From Clostridia bacterium (GTDB lineage: Bacteria > Bacillota > Clostridia > Oscillospirales > Acutalibacteraceae), in NCBI GenBank assembly GCA_024404325.1, contig JAKSQC010000001.1:13340-77339 (forward strand): a stretch of 64,000 nucleotides of DNA. The letters run 5' to 3'. Below, piece by piece: positions 22,932-31,315 of the stretch (positions within the stretch are counted from its first letter, which is position 1; each line of letters starts with the position of its first letter). Both the position numbers and the translations under genes were made by a program. The notes below the pieces were generated by a model, which searched no databases, was not told the origin of the DNA, and saw only the letters and a list, made by a program, of their open reading frames with translations.

Positions 22932-24488
22932 TTATCCCTCCGTAACTTCTGAAAGAGCATTAAATATATTCTTAATCTTTTCTGCCTTAAATTTATAAGA
23001 TGCCTTATTTGCTATAAGTCTTGCACTTATAGGCACTATTGTTTCCTTAACCTCTAAATTGTTTTCTTTTAGCGTTGTTCCCGTTTCGACTATATCGACT
23101 ATTACATCGGACAGTCCTAAAATCGGTGCTATTTCAATAGAGCCGTTAAGGTGAATTATATCAATATCCCTGCCCTTTGTACGGTAAAAGGACTTTGCAA
23201 TATTTGAAAATTTAGTGGCAACCCTTAAGGTCTTTGAATTATCATCGGTAAAACCGTCAGGTCCTGCAACCGCCATACGGCACTTGCCCATATTAAGGTC
23301 TAAAAGTTCGTATACATCAGGCTCATATTCAAGTAAAATATCCTTTCCCGCAACACCTATATCGGCGGCACCGCGTTCAACATATATTGCTACGTCGGAC
23401 GGCTTTACCCAAAAGTATCTTACCTTTTTTTCGATATTCTCGAATATAAGTTTTCTGTTGGTTTCGAGTATTGACGGACATTCAAATCCCGATTTTGCAA
23501 ACAAATTATAAACTTTTTCACCGAGCCTGCCCTTTGGAAGTGCTACGTTTATAAAACCGTCATCAACCGTCTGTGCGTTTTCTTGAAAGTTTATGCGTTC
23601 TAATACATCGGTATAAACGGCAAACCCTATTGCACAGGACTTCCTGCCCATCTTACGCATAAGGCAGTCATACTGACCGCCCGAAAGTACCTCTGTGGGA
23701 ATATCCCTTAAAAAGCCTTTGAAAACTATTCCGTTATAATAGTTTGTATCCCCTACAACCGAAAAGTCAATCACAACATAATTTTTATCTTTAAACCGCT
23801 GTATAACACTTAAAAACTTTGAACAACTGCCATCGTCAATTTCCCTTAAACTTTCTGTAACCTGAGAAACCGTACCGTTTATTGACAGTAATTGTTTTAA
23901 TAAAATAACAGTCTTTTTATCGCAACTATCCTTACATATATTATCTATTTCGTGGAAATTCTTCTCACCTATTGCCTTGTAAAGCGAATATTCAAGTGTT
24001 TTTGATAAATTAAGTTTTTTAATTATATTTGAAAGGATATCCAAATCGGATACTGCAAGCACATATTCCTTTGAAAGCATACTAAGACTATCCAACGCAA
24101 GAGAGAGTACCTCGCAAATATCATTTTCACCGATACTGCCGAAGCACTCTACGCCCGACTGCATAATCTCCTTAAAAGAGCCTGTACCCTTTGATACACG
24201 GTATACATTCTCATTATAAAAGAGTTTTTGTACGGTGTTGTTTTCATCGGTGCTGTTTTTAATTATAGATAATGTAACATCGGGCTTTAACGCCATAAGT
24301 TTACCGCTTGTATCGGTAAAGGTGATGACATTATCCGAAACAAGAAAATCTTTATTTTTTGCATATAAATCATATTCTTCAAACTTACTCATACGGTAAG
24401 GAAGATAACCGTACTTTAAATAAAGTTCCCTTAAAGTAAATATTATTTTTTCACTGTTTTGTAAAACGCTGTCATTCACCGTCATCAT
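22932..24488 (-). CDS. hisZG: Fused ATP phosphoribosyltransferase: HisZ-like regulatory domain + short-form HisG catalytic domain
   Basis: The N-terminal ~310 aa resemble HisRS/HisZ (YLPYRMSKFEEYDLY, LKPDVT). The C-terminal ~210 aa match HisG-S (ALPKGRL..., VKPSDVAIYVERGAADIGVAGKD, DIVETGTTLKEN). The start is ATG 24488 or 24485, 4 or 7 nt after GGAG, overlapping the upstream gene's stop. The ORF track's 24515 start is unlikely. Confidence 0.85.
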   Translation of the reverse strand: MMTVNDSVLQNSEKIIFTLRELYLKYGYLPYRMSKFEEYDLYAKNKDFLVSDNVITFTDTSGKLMALKPDVTLSIIKNSTDENNTVQKLFYNENVYRVSKGTGSFKEIMQSGVECFGSIGENDICEVLSLALDSLSMLSKEYVLAVSDLDILSNIIKKLNLSKTLEYSLYKAIGEKNFHEIDNICKDSCDKKTVILLKQLLSINGTVSQVTESLREIDDGSCSKFLSVIQRFKDKNYVVIDFSVVGDTNYYNGIVFKGFLRDIPTEVLSGGQYDCLMRKMGRKSCAIGFAVYTDVLERINFQENAQTVDDGFINVALPKGRLGEKVYNLFAKSGFECPSILETNRKLIFENIEKKVRYFWVKPSDVAIYVERGAADIGVAGKDILLEYEPDVYELLDLNMGKCRMAVAGPDGFTDDNSKTLRVATKFSNIAKSFYRTKGRDIDIIHLNGSIEIAPILGLSDVIVDIVETGTTLKENNLEVKETIVPISARLIANKASYKFKAEKIKNIFNALSEVTEG

Positions 24489-24780
24489 TTTTCTCCGTTT
24501 CCGACAAGTTGTCAAGTGCTATTCTGTATCCGTTTGAGCCGTAGGTAAGGCAACGGTTTACCCTGCTGATAGTTGCAGTACTTACCCCCACCTTTTCGGC
24601 TATCTTTTGATAACTTAACCCCTCGTCTAAAAGTATAGCGGTATCAAAACGCTGTGCCATATCCTGAATTTCTTTTATGGTACACAAATCGTCAAAAAAC
24701 GCCTCACATTCTTTGGGTGTCTTTATATTCGATATTGCCTTGAAAAGCCTTTGTATTGACCTGTTTTGATAATTAGGCAT
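24472..24780 (-). CDS. TrpR-like YerC/YecD-family DNA-binding protein, first gene of the his operon (HisR-type candidate)
   Basis: 102 aa from ATG 24780 (SD GGGAG). It has the family-typical LCTIKEIQDMAQRF and YQKIAEKVGVSTATISRVNRCL helix-turn-helix. It overlaps the hisZG start by ~14 nt, suggesting translational coupling. Confidence 0.75.
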   Translation of the reverse strand: MPNYQNRSIQRLFKAISNIKTPKECEAFFDDLCTIKEIQDMAQRFDTAILLDEGLSYQKIAEKVGVSTATISRVNRCLTYGSNGYRIALDNLSETEKNDDGE

Positions 24781-24812
24781 AATCTCTCCCTCTAACAATT
24801 TAGTATGTTATC

Positions 24813-24841
24813 ACTTTACCACACTAAATCAATAAAGTCAA
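24813..24841 (-). promoter_or_regulatory. Putative sigma-A promoter of the yerC-his operon
   Basis: On the minus strand: TTGACT, 17 nt, then TAAAGT with TG at -15/-14. It lies ~33 nt upstream of ATG 24780. Confidence 0.45.
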
Positions 24842-24850
24842 GCATTTTTT

Positions 24851-24884
24851 AAAAAACAGGGACATTCCCTTAAAGAACGTCCCC
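24851..24884 (-). terminator. Intrinsic terminator of argF
   Basis: On the minus strand: GGGACGTTC-loop-GGAATGTCCC (9 bp including one G-U) followed by TGTTTTTT. It begins 11 nt after the argF stop. Confidence 0.65.
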
Positions 24885-24894
24885 TAAATACATA

Positions 24895-25878
24895 TTAAAG
24901 TGTTGCCGCCATAACCGCTTTTATTGTATGCATACGGTTTTCCGCTTCATCAAATACTATCGACTGTTCACTCTCAAATACTTCCTCGGTAACCTCCATA
25001 CAGTCAATACCGAACTTTTTATAAATATCCTTACCGATAGCGGTATCAAGGTTATGAAAGGCTGGCAGACAATGCATAAATCTGCATTGTTTTCCTGCAT
25101 TTTCCATAATCGCTTTATTTACCTGATAAGGTGATAAGTCTTTTATACGCTTTTCCCACACGCTGTCAGGCTCGCCCATTGATACCCAAACATCGGTATA
25201 AATAACGTCCGCACCCTTTGTTGCAACAAACGGGTCTTCGATAAATTCAAGCACCGCACCGGTACTTTCGGCAATTTTCTTACATTCATTTATAAGTTCT
25301 TTATTCGGGAAATACTCTGCCAAAGTACAGGCAACGAAGTGCATACCCATTTTAGCACAACCGACCATTAAGGAATTACCCATATTATAACGTGCATCAC
25401 CCATATAAACTAACTTTTTACCCTCAAGTGTGCCAAAATGTTCTTTTATTGTCAAAAAGTCAGCAAGTATCTGTGTCGGATGAAACTCATTTGTAAGACC
25501 GTTCCAAACAGGAACACCTGCGTATTTTGCAAGTTCTTCCACGATAGACTGCTCAAAACCGCGGTATTCTATACCGTCAAACATTCTGCCAAGCACCCTT
25601 GCGGTATCTGCAATACTCTCTTTCTTTCCCATTTGCGAGCCTGACGGGTCAAGATACACGGCGGTCATTCCAAGGTCAGATGCCGCCACCTCAAATGCAC
25701 ACCGCGTACGCGTACTCGTCTTTTCAAATACAAGTGCTATATTTTTACCCGCTTTAATTCTATGCTCAATTCCGTTTTTCTTTTCTTTTTTTAGTTTTGC
25801 AGACAAATCTAAAAGTTCGGATATCTCTTGCGGTGTGAAATCAAGCAGTTTTAAAAAACTTTTTCCCTTTAAATTCAT
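24895..25878 (-). CDS. argF: Ornithine carbamoyltransferase
   Basis: Has STRTR, HPTQ, DVWVSMG and HCLPA motifs. I cannot separate anabolic from catabolic by eye; the ARG box suggests an arginine regulon. Confidence 0.9.
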   Translation of the reverse strand: MNLKGKSFLKLLDFTPQEISELLDLSAKLKKEKKNGIEHRIKAGKNIALVFEKTSTRTRCAFEVAASDLGMTAVYLDPSGSQMGKKESIADTARVLGRMFDGIEYRGFEQSIVEELAKYAGVPVWNGLTNEFHPTQILADFLTIKEHFGTLEGKKLVYMGDARYNMGNSLMVGCAKMGMHFVACTLAEYFPNKELINECKKIAESTGAVLEFIEDPFVATKGADVIYTDVWVSMGEPDSVWEKRIKDLSPYQVNKAIMENAGKQCRFMHCLPAFHNLDTAIGKDIYKKFGIDCMEVTEEVFESEQSIVFDEAENRMHTIKAVMAATL

Positions 25879-25905
25879 AAATTCTCACCCTGTAATTAAT
25901 TTTTT

Positions 25906-25919
25906 TGAATAATTATGCA
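25906..25919. promoter_or_regulatory. ARG box (ArgR/AhrC operator candidate)
   Basis: TGAATAATTATGCA fits the palindromic TGAAT-N4-ATKCA consensus. It lies 5 nt downstream of the argF -10 element. Confidence 0.45.
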
Positions 25920-25923
25920 ATAA

Positions 25924-25952
25924 ATTATACTGTATAAAACCCTTTTTGTCAA
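25924..25952 (-). promoter_or_regulatory. argF sigma-A promoter
   Basis: On the minus strand: a perfect TTGACA, 17 nt, then a perfect TATAAT. Confidence 0.65.
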
Positions 25953-26032
25953 GTATATTCCGAAATATTCATAAAAATGCAAAAAATATGCAAAAACTGT
26001 GACGTATGGAAAAATTTTGCCGTAAAAAACGC

Positions 26033-26061
26033 TTGACATACGGTGTTTAGTGTGGTAATAT
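26033..26061 (+). promoter_or_regulatory. Sigma-A promoter P1 (drives T-box 1)
   Basis: TTGACA, 17 nt, then TAATAT preceded by TGG (extended -10). Confidence 0.65.
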
Positions 26062-26069
26062 AATTGCAA

Positions 26070-26339
26070 ATTTTAAAGGCTATGACGAAGACGGCTTTGC
26101 TTTTTTATTCAAGAGAGCGGATGTTTGGTGCAAATTCCGTATAAAAAATCAAAACAGCCCATCACTTCCGAGCCGGATAGCTGAAAATCACAGTAGGCGT
26201 ATCCCGTGATTGCTGCGTAAAGGCATAAGGGTTGTCAGACCCTGAGTGGCAGTATTTACTGCAATTTGAGTGGTACCGCGAGTGTATGAATTTTTCCACA
26301 CCCGTCTCAAAGCAAATGTTTTGAGACGGGTGTTTTTTT
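26070..26339 (+). promoter_or_regulatory. T-box leader 1, specifier AUC (Ile)
   Basis: Stem I base GGCT/AGCC has K-turn TGA..GA, an AGAGAG bulge and a GGTGCAA distal loop. The specifier layout is ATC-A-CTTCC-GA-GCC, with ATC at 26161-26163. The T-box sequence AATTTGAGTGGTACCGCG lies at 26263-26280. The terminator CACCCGTCTCAAA/TTTGAGACGGGTG (26299-26332) is followed by T7. Confidence 0.9.
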
Positions 26340-26355
26340 GCAGGAGGACTTTAAA

Positions 26356-28623
26356 ATGTCGACAGTAAAATCAAACAAACTAATGGAAGTTGCAACACGT
26401 ATTCGTGAAATGCGTCAGATTTTCGGTTTTACCGAAGAAGAAATGGCACAAAAAACCGAAGTGACTTTAAGTGAATATCAAGACTATGAAACAGGAAAAC
26501 TTGATTTTCCTTTTACCTTTATTCATAAATGTTCTCTTGCTTTTGGAATAGGAATTACAGACCTGCTTGAGGGACAAAGTGCCCACCTTTCGTCATATAC
26601 GGTAACAAGAAAAGGTCAAGGTACGCAGACGGCGGAAGAAGACGGCATTGAAATACGCAACTTAGCACCAATGTTCCGTAATAAGATAGCAGAACCTTAT
26701 TGGGTTAAATATGAATATAGTAAAGAACTTCAAAACAAGCCAATTCATTTAACAAAACATTCGGGACAGGAATTTGACCTTGTACTCAAAGGCAGACTGA
26801 AAGTACAAGTAGGTGATAATATAGAGTATTTAAGCGAGGGTGACAGTATCTACTACAACAGTTCTACCCCTCACGGTATGATTGCGGTAGACGGGGAAGA
26901 ATGTTTGTTTGTAGCGGTAGTTCTCCCCGGTGCTAATCAGGAAGAAATACTTATAAGAGATACCCTGCTGACGTCAAAAAACCACAACAAGAAACTTGTC
27001 AGCGAAAAGTTTGTAAGTGTTAAGGAAAATCAGGACGGCTATCCTATATCCATTAACTTTAAGAATGAAGACAAATTTAATTTTGCATTTGATATAGTAG
27101 ACGAGATAGCGAAACGTGAGCCTGACAAACTTGCCTTACTTCACATTTCACAGGATAAAACCGAACGCAGATTTACTTTTAACGATATTAAACGTGCGTC
27201 CAATCAGTGTGCAAACTACTTTAAGTCACTCGGCATTAAAAAGGGTGACAGGGTAATGTTGGTACTCAAACGCCACTATGAATTTTGGTTTTCAATCATT
27301 GCACTTCATAAATTAGGTGCAATAGTAATACCCGCAACAAATCAACTTCAAAAGCACGATTTTGAATATAGATTTAAAGCGGCAGGAGTAAGTGCGATAG
27401 TATGCACTTCCGACGGCGATGTTGCAAATCAGGTTGACTTGGCGTCTGAAAACTACCCCCAACTCACAACAAAAATAATAGTGGGCACAAAAAGAGACGG
27501 TTGGCACAACCTAAAGGAAGAATACAACATTTACAGTGCACACTTTTACCGCACCGAAGATACCCCCTGCGGAAACGAGCCTATGCTTATGTTCTTCACT
27601 TCGGGTACTACGGGATATCCTAAAATTGCAACCCACACATATAAATACCCGTTAGGTCACTATTTAACGGCTAAATATTGGCACGGAGTAAGTGATGACG
27701 GACTTCACCTTACAATATCCGATACGGGTTGGGGTAAAGCGTTATGGGGTAAACTCTACGGTCAGTGGCTATGTGAGGGAGCAGTATTTGCCTATGACTT
27801 TGACCGTTTCGATGCAAGCGAGATACTTCCGATGTTTGCAAAATATCAAATAACAACATTTTGTGCGCCGCCGACAATGCTTAGAATGATGATAAAACAG
27901 GATATATCGCATTATGACTTTTCATCCGTAAAGCGTATGACAACGGCAGGTGAGGCACTTAATCCTGAGGTTTACCGTCAGTTTGAAAAGGCGACGGGAC
28001 TTCAAATTATGGAGGGTTTCGGTCAAACCGAAACCACGCTTACCGTTGCAAACTTTATGGGCGGTTCTCATAAATTAGGTTCTATGGGCAGACCGTCACC
28101 GCTTTATGATATAGATATTATAAATGCCGAGGGCAAAAGCGTTGCAGACGGTGAAACGGGCGAAATCGTAATACGAACAGACAAAGAAGTCCCCTGCGGA
28201 CTGTTTACGGGATACTATAAAGACGAGCAAAAGACAAAAGAGGTATGGCATGACGGATATTACCACACGGGTGATTCGGCGTGGCGTGACGAGGACGGAT
28301 ATTATTGGTACGTAGGTAGAGTTGACGACGTAATCAAGTCTTCGGGTTACAGAATAGGGCCGTTTGAAATTGAAAGCGTTATTATGGAACTGCCTTACGT
28401 TTTAGAGTGTGGAGTATCTGCCGCCCCCGACGAGGTAAGAGGACAGGTAGTAAAAGCAAGCATTGTTCTTGTAAACGGCACTAAGCCTTCAGAGGAACTT
28501 AAAAAGGAAATTCAAAATTACGTAAAAACCCATACTGCACCTTATAAATATCCGCGTATAGTCGAGTTCAAAGACAGTCTGCCTAAAACTGTTAGTGGAA
28601 AAATACAGAGAAATCTGTTATAA
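26356..28623 (+). CDS. Three-domain fusion: XRE HTH + cupin + AMP-forming (medium/short-chain) acyl-CoA synthetase
   Basis: ATG 26356 lies 8 nt after AGGAGG. Residues ~10-75 are HTH_3-like. Residues ~100-195 are a cupin (HSGQEFDLVLKG...GDSIYYNSSTPHGM). The remainder has adenylate-forming motifs FTSGTTGYPK, GFGQTE, YHTGD, GRVDDVIKSSGYRIGPFEIE and PKTVSGKIQR. Confidence 0.9.
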   Translation: MSTVKSNKLMEVATRIREMRQIFGFTEEEMAQKTEVTLSEYQDYETGKLDFPFTFIHKCSLAFGIGITDLLEGQSAHLSSYTVTRKGQGTQTAEEDGIEIRNLAPMFRNKIAEPYWVKYEYSKELQNKPIHLTKHSGQEFDLVLKGRLKVQVGDNIEYLSEGDSIYYNSSTPHGMIAVDGEECLFVAVVLPGANQEEILIRDTLLTSKNHNKKLVSEKFVSVKENQDGYPISINFKNEDKFNFAFDIVDEIAKREPDKLALLHISQDKTERRFTFNDIKRASNQCANYFKSLGIKKGDRVMLVLKRHYEFWFSIIALHKLGAIVIPATNQLQKHDFEYRFKAAGVSAIVCTSDGDVANQVDLASENYPQLTTKIIVGTKRDGWHNLKEEYNIYSAHFYRTEDTPCGNEPMLMFFTSGTTGYPKIATHTYKYPLGHYLTAKYWHGVSDDGLHLTISDTGWGKALWGKLYGQWLCEGAVFAYDFDRFDASEILPMFAKYQITTFCAPPTMLRMMIKQDISHYDFSSVKRMTTAGEALNPEVYRQFEKATGLQIMEGFGQTETTLTVANFMGGSHKLGSMGRPSPLYDIDIINAEGKSVADGETGEIVIRTDKEVPCGLFTGYYKDEQKTKEVWHDGYYHTGDSAWRDEDGYYWYVGRVDDVIKSSGYRIGPFEIESVIMELPYVLECGVSAAPDEVRGQVVKASIVLVNGTKPSEELKKEIQNYVKTHTAPYKYPRIVEFKDSLPKTVSGKIQRNLL

Positions 28624-28637
28624 TTTATAAAAAGGTC

Positions 28638-28666
28638 TTGACAAATTAAAAAAGCAGTGGTATTAT
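28638..28666 (+). promoter_or_regulatory. Sigma-A promoter P2 (drives T-box 2)
   Basis: TTGACA, 17 nt, then TATTAT preceded by TGG. It starts 15 nt after the ACS1 stop. Confidence 0.65.
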
Positions 28667-28672
28667 ATCACT

Positions 28673-28988
28673 TAATTAAAGACTTTGACGAAGAGTGTAT
28701 AAAAATACGTCCTATGCCAAAGCATTTAAACTTGAACTTGAATGTTTTGGCATCAGAGAAATGACGGTTGGTGCAAGTCATCGGAAACGGTTTTTATATT
28801 TGTAGCTTCCGAGTCGGGAAGAAGAACGGGCAAAACCTTAGTAGAACTTCTCCGTGATTGCTGCGTAAATGCATAAGGGTTGTCAGACCCTGAGTGGCAG
28901 TATTTACTGCAATTTGAGTGGTACCGCGGGTGTTTAAGATTATCACACTCGTCTCAAAGTTATCATTGCTTTGGGACGGGTGTTTTTG
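28673..28988 (+). promoter_or_regulatory. T-box leader 2, specifier GUA (Val)
   Basis: Stem I base GACT/AGTC has K-turn TGA..GA, an AGAGA bulge and a GGTGCAA loop. The specifier layout is GTA-G-CTTCC-GA-GTC, with GTA at 28802-28804. The T-box sequence lies at 28911-28928. The terminator (28947-28959 / 28969-28981) is followed by T5. Confidence 0.9.
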
Positions 28989-29015
28989 TATGTCCGTCCG
29001 GAAAGGTTGAGAAAT

Positions 29016-31313
29016 ATGGGACAAAATAACGGTCTTGATTTTAAAATCAAAGAAATGTCTTCAAGAATTCGCGAACTTCGTGAAATCACGGGTTATACAA
29101 CCGAAGAAATGGCGAAAAAGACCGACGTCAGCACCGAGGAATATATAAAATGCGAAAACGGGGAGGCAGACCTTAACTTTGCTTTTATTTACCGTTGTGC
29201 CATTGCCTTTGGTGTGAACGTTACCGATATTATTGAAGGTGTAAGCCCGACGCTTACTTCTTATACTCTTACAAGAAGCGGTCAAGGTCAAAAGATAGAC
29301 CAAGCACACGGAATGGTATACTATAATTTAGCGGCTGCTTTTCAAAACAGAATAGCAGAGCCTTTATACGTTTGCAGTGCATACAGTGAAGAGGCACAAC
29401 ATAAAGATATAGAGTTGACAACACATTCAGGACAGGAATGTGATATAGTAGTTTCAGGTCATCTTACGGTGCAGGTAGGCCGCCACAAGGAAACATTGGG
29501 ACCCGGCGACAGTATTTATTATGACAGTTCCACACCTCACGGTATGATTGCGGTAAACGGTGAAGACTGCATATTTTACGCAATAGTACTTAATCCTACG
29601 GGCGAGCCGATACCCGAACTTTCAAGTACGGTTGAAAATGTTACTTTAAAAGAAACAAAACCGTCCAAAAAGGATAATAAGGAAAGAATATACCGTAAGT
29701 TTATAGACACCGAGGTTGACGAAAACGGCACACCTACAAAAATAACGTTTAAAAATGAAGATAAGTTTAATTTTGCATTTGATTTGGTGGACGCACTTGC
29801 AGACCGCGAACCCGATAAACTTGCAATGCTTCATATATCAAGGGATATGACAGAACGCCGTTTTACCTTTAAAGATATAAAAAAGGCATCTAATCAGTGT
29901 GCTAACTATTTTAAGTCTTTGGGCATTAAAAAAGGTGACAGAGTAATGCTTTGTCTTAAGCGTCACTATCAATTCTGGTTCTGTATGTTAGGTCTTAATA
30001 AACTCGGTGCTGTTGCGATACCTGCCGTAAATCAGTTGCAGGAACACGATTTTGAGTACCGTTTTAAGTCTGCCGGTATAAGTGCGGTTATTTGTACTGC
30101 CGACGGCGACACTGCACATCAAATGGACTTGGCGGCGGAAAAATGTCCCGACCTTACGATAAAACTTATAGTAAACGGTACGCGTGAGGGTTGGAAAAAC
30201 TTTGACGAAGAATACCCCCTTTTCAGCACACATTTTAAAAGAACCGCCGATTCACCCTGCGGTAATGACACTATGATTATGTATTTTACGTCGGGTACTT
30301 CGGGTTATCCGAAAATCGCAACCCATTCTCATAAGTATCCTTTAGGGCATTTCCATACTGCAAAGTATTGGCATCACGTTGACCCTGACGGACTTCACCT
30401 TACAATATCCGATACCGGTTGGGCAAAGGCTATGTGGGGTAAACTTTACGGACAGTGGCTATGCGAGGCGGCAACCTTTGTTTATGACTTTGACCGTTTT
30501 GATGCAAGCGAAATACTGCCGATGTTCGCAAAGTATAATATTACTACTTTTTGTGCACCGCCTACAATACTCAGAATGATGGTTAAGCAGGATATATCAA
30601 AGTATGATTTTTCATCGGTAAAGCATATGACTACGGCGGGAGAGGCGCTTAACCCCGAAGTTTACCGTCAGTTCAAAAATGCTACGGGACTTAAAATTAT
30701 GGACGGTTTCGGTCAAACCGAATCGACTATGATTATAGGAAATCTTGTAGGTATGCAACATAAATTAGGCTCTATGGGTAAACCCGCACCTATTTATGAC
30801 GTTGACCTTATTGATGAAAACGGTAACACGGTAGCCGTAGGCGAAACAGGTGAAATTGTTATAAACGTTAAAAACGGTGCACCTTGCGGACTGTTTAAGG
30901 GTTATTATAAAGACGAAGAAAAAACCAAAGAGGTCTGGCACGACGGATATTACCACACGGGTGATTCTGCGTGGCGTGATGAGGACGGATACTATTGGTA
31001 CGTAGGCAGAGTTGACGACGTAATCAAGTCTTCGGGTTACAGAATAGGGCCGTTTGAAATCGAAAGTGTTATTATGGAACTGCCTTACGTTTTAGAGTGC
31101 GGCGTATCAGCCGCCCCCGACGAGGTAAGAGGACAGGTAGTAAAGGCAAGCATTGTTCTTGTAAACGGCACTAAGCCTTCAGAGGAACTTAAAAAGGAAA
31201 TTCAAACTTATGTTAAAACACATACCGCACCTTATAAATATCCTCGTATAGTAGAATTCCGCGACAGTCTGCCTAAGACGGTTACGGGTAAAATACAAAG
31301 GAACAAACTTTAA
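29016..31313 (+). CDS. Paralogous XRE HTH + cupin + AMP-forming acyl-CoA synthetase fusion
   Basis: Same three-domain order as 26356-28623. Has FTSGTSGYPK, GFGQTE and YHTGD. The C-terminal ~115 aa are identical to the paralog. The start is ATG 29016; the ORF track start 28971 lies inside the T-box terminator. Confidence 0.9.
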   Translation: MGQNNGLDFKIKEMSSRIRELREITGYTTEEMAKKTDVSTEEYIKCENGEADLNFAFIYRCAIAFGVNVTDIIEGVSPTLTSYTLTRSGQGQKIDQAHGMVYYNLAAAFQNRIAEPLYVCSAYSEEAQHKDIELTTHSGQECDIVVSGHLTVQVGRHKETLGPGDSIYYDSSTPHGMIAVNGEDCIFYAIVLNPTGEPIPELSSTVENVTLKETKPSKKDNKERIYRKFIDTEVDENGTPTKITFKNEDKFNFAFDLVDALADREPDKLAMLHISRDMTERRFTFKDIKKASNQCANYFKSLGIKKGDRVMLCLKRHYQFWFCMLGLNKLGAVAIPAVNQLQEHDFEYRFKSAGISAVICTADGDTAHQMDLAAEKCPDLTIKLIVNGTREGWKNFDEEYPLFSTHFKRTADSPCGNDTMIMYFTSGTSGYPKIATHSHKYPLGHFHTAKYWHHVDPDGLHLTISDTGWAKAMWGKLYGQWLCEAATFVYDFDRFDASEILPMFAKYNITTFCAPPTILRMMVKQDISKYDFSSVKHMTTAGEALNPEVYRQFKNATGLKIMDGFGQTESTMIIGNLVGMQHKLGSMGKPAPIYDVDLIDENGNTVAVGETGEIVINVKNGAPCGLFKGYYKDEEKTKEVWHDGYYHTGDSAWRDEDGYYWYVGRVDDVIKSSGYRIGPFEIESVIMELPYVLECGVSAAPDEVRGQVVKASIVLVNGTKPSEELKKEIQTYVKTHTAPYKYPRIVEFRDSLPKTVTGKIQRNKL

Positions 31314-31315
31314 TT

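Noticed and set aside
25955-25992. Additional ARG boxes upstream of the argF -35 (TTCATAAAAATGCA, ATATGCA half-sites)
   Set aside because: Only one half-site matches in each case. They are too degenerate to call without a position-weight matrix.
28794-29024. 76-aa minus-strand ORF
   Set aside because: It lies antisense across T-box 2 and its terminator, and has no SD.
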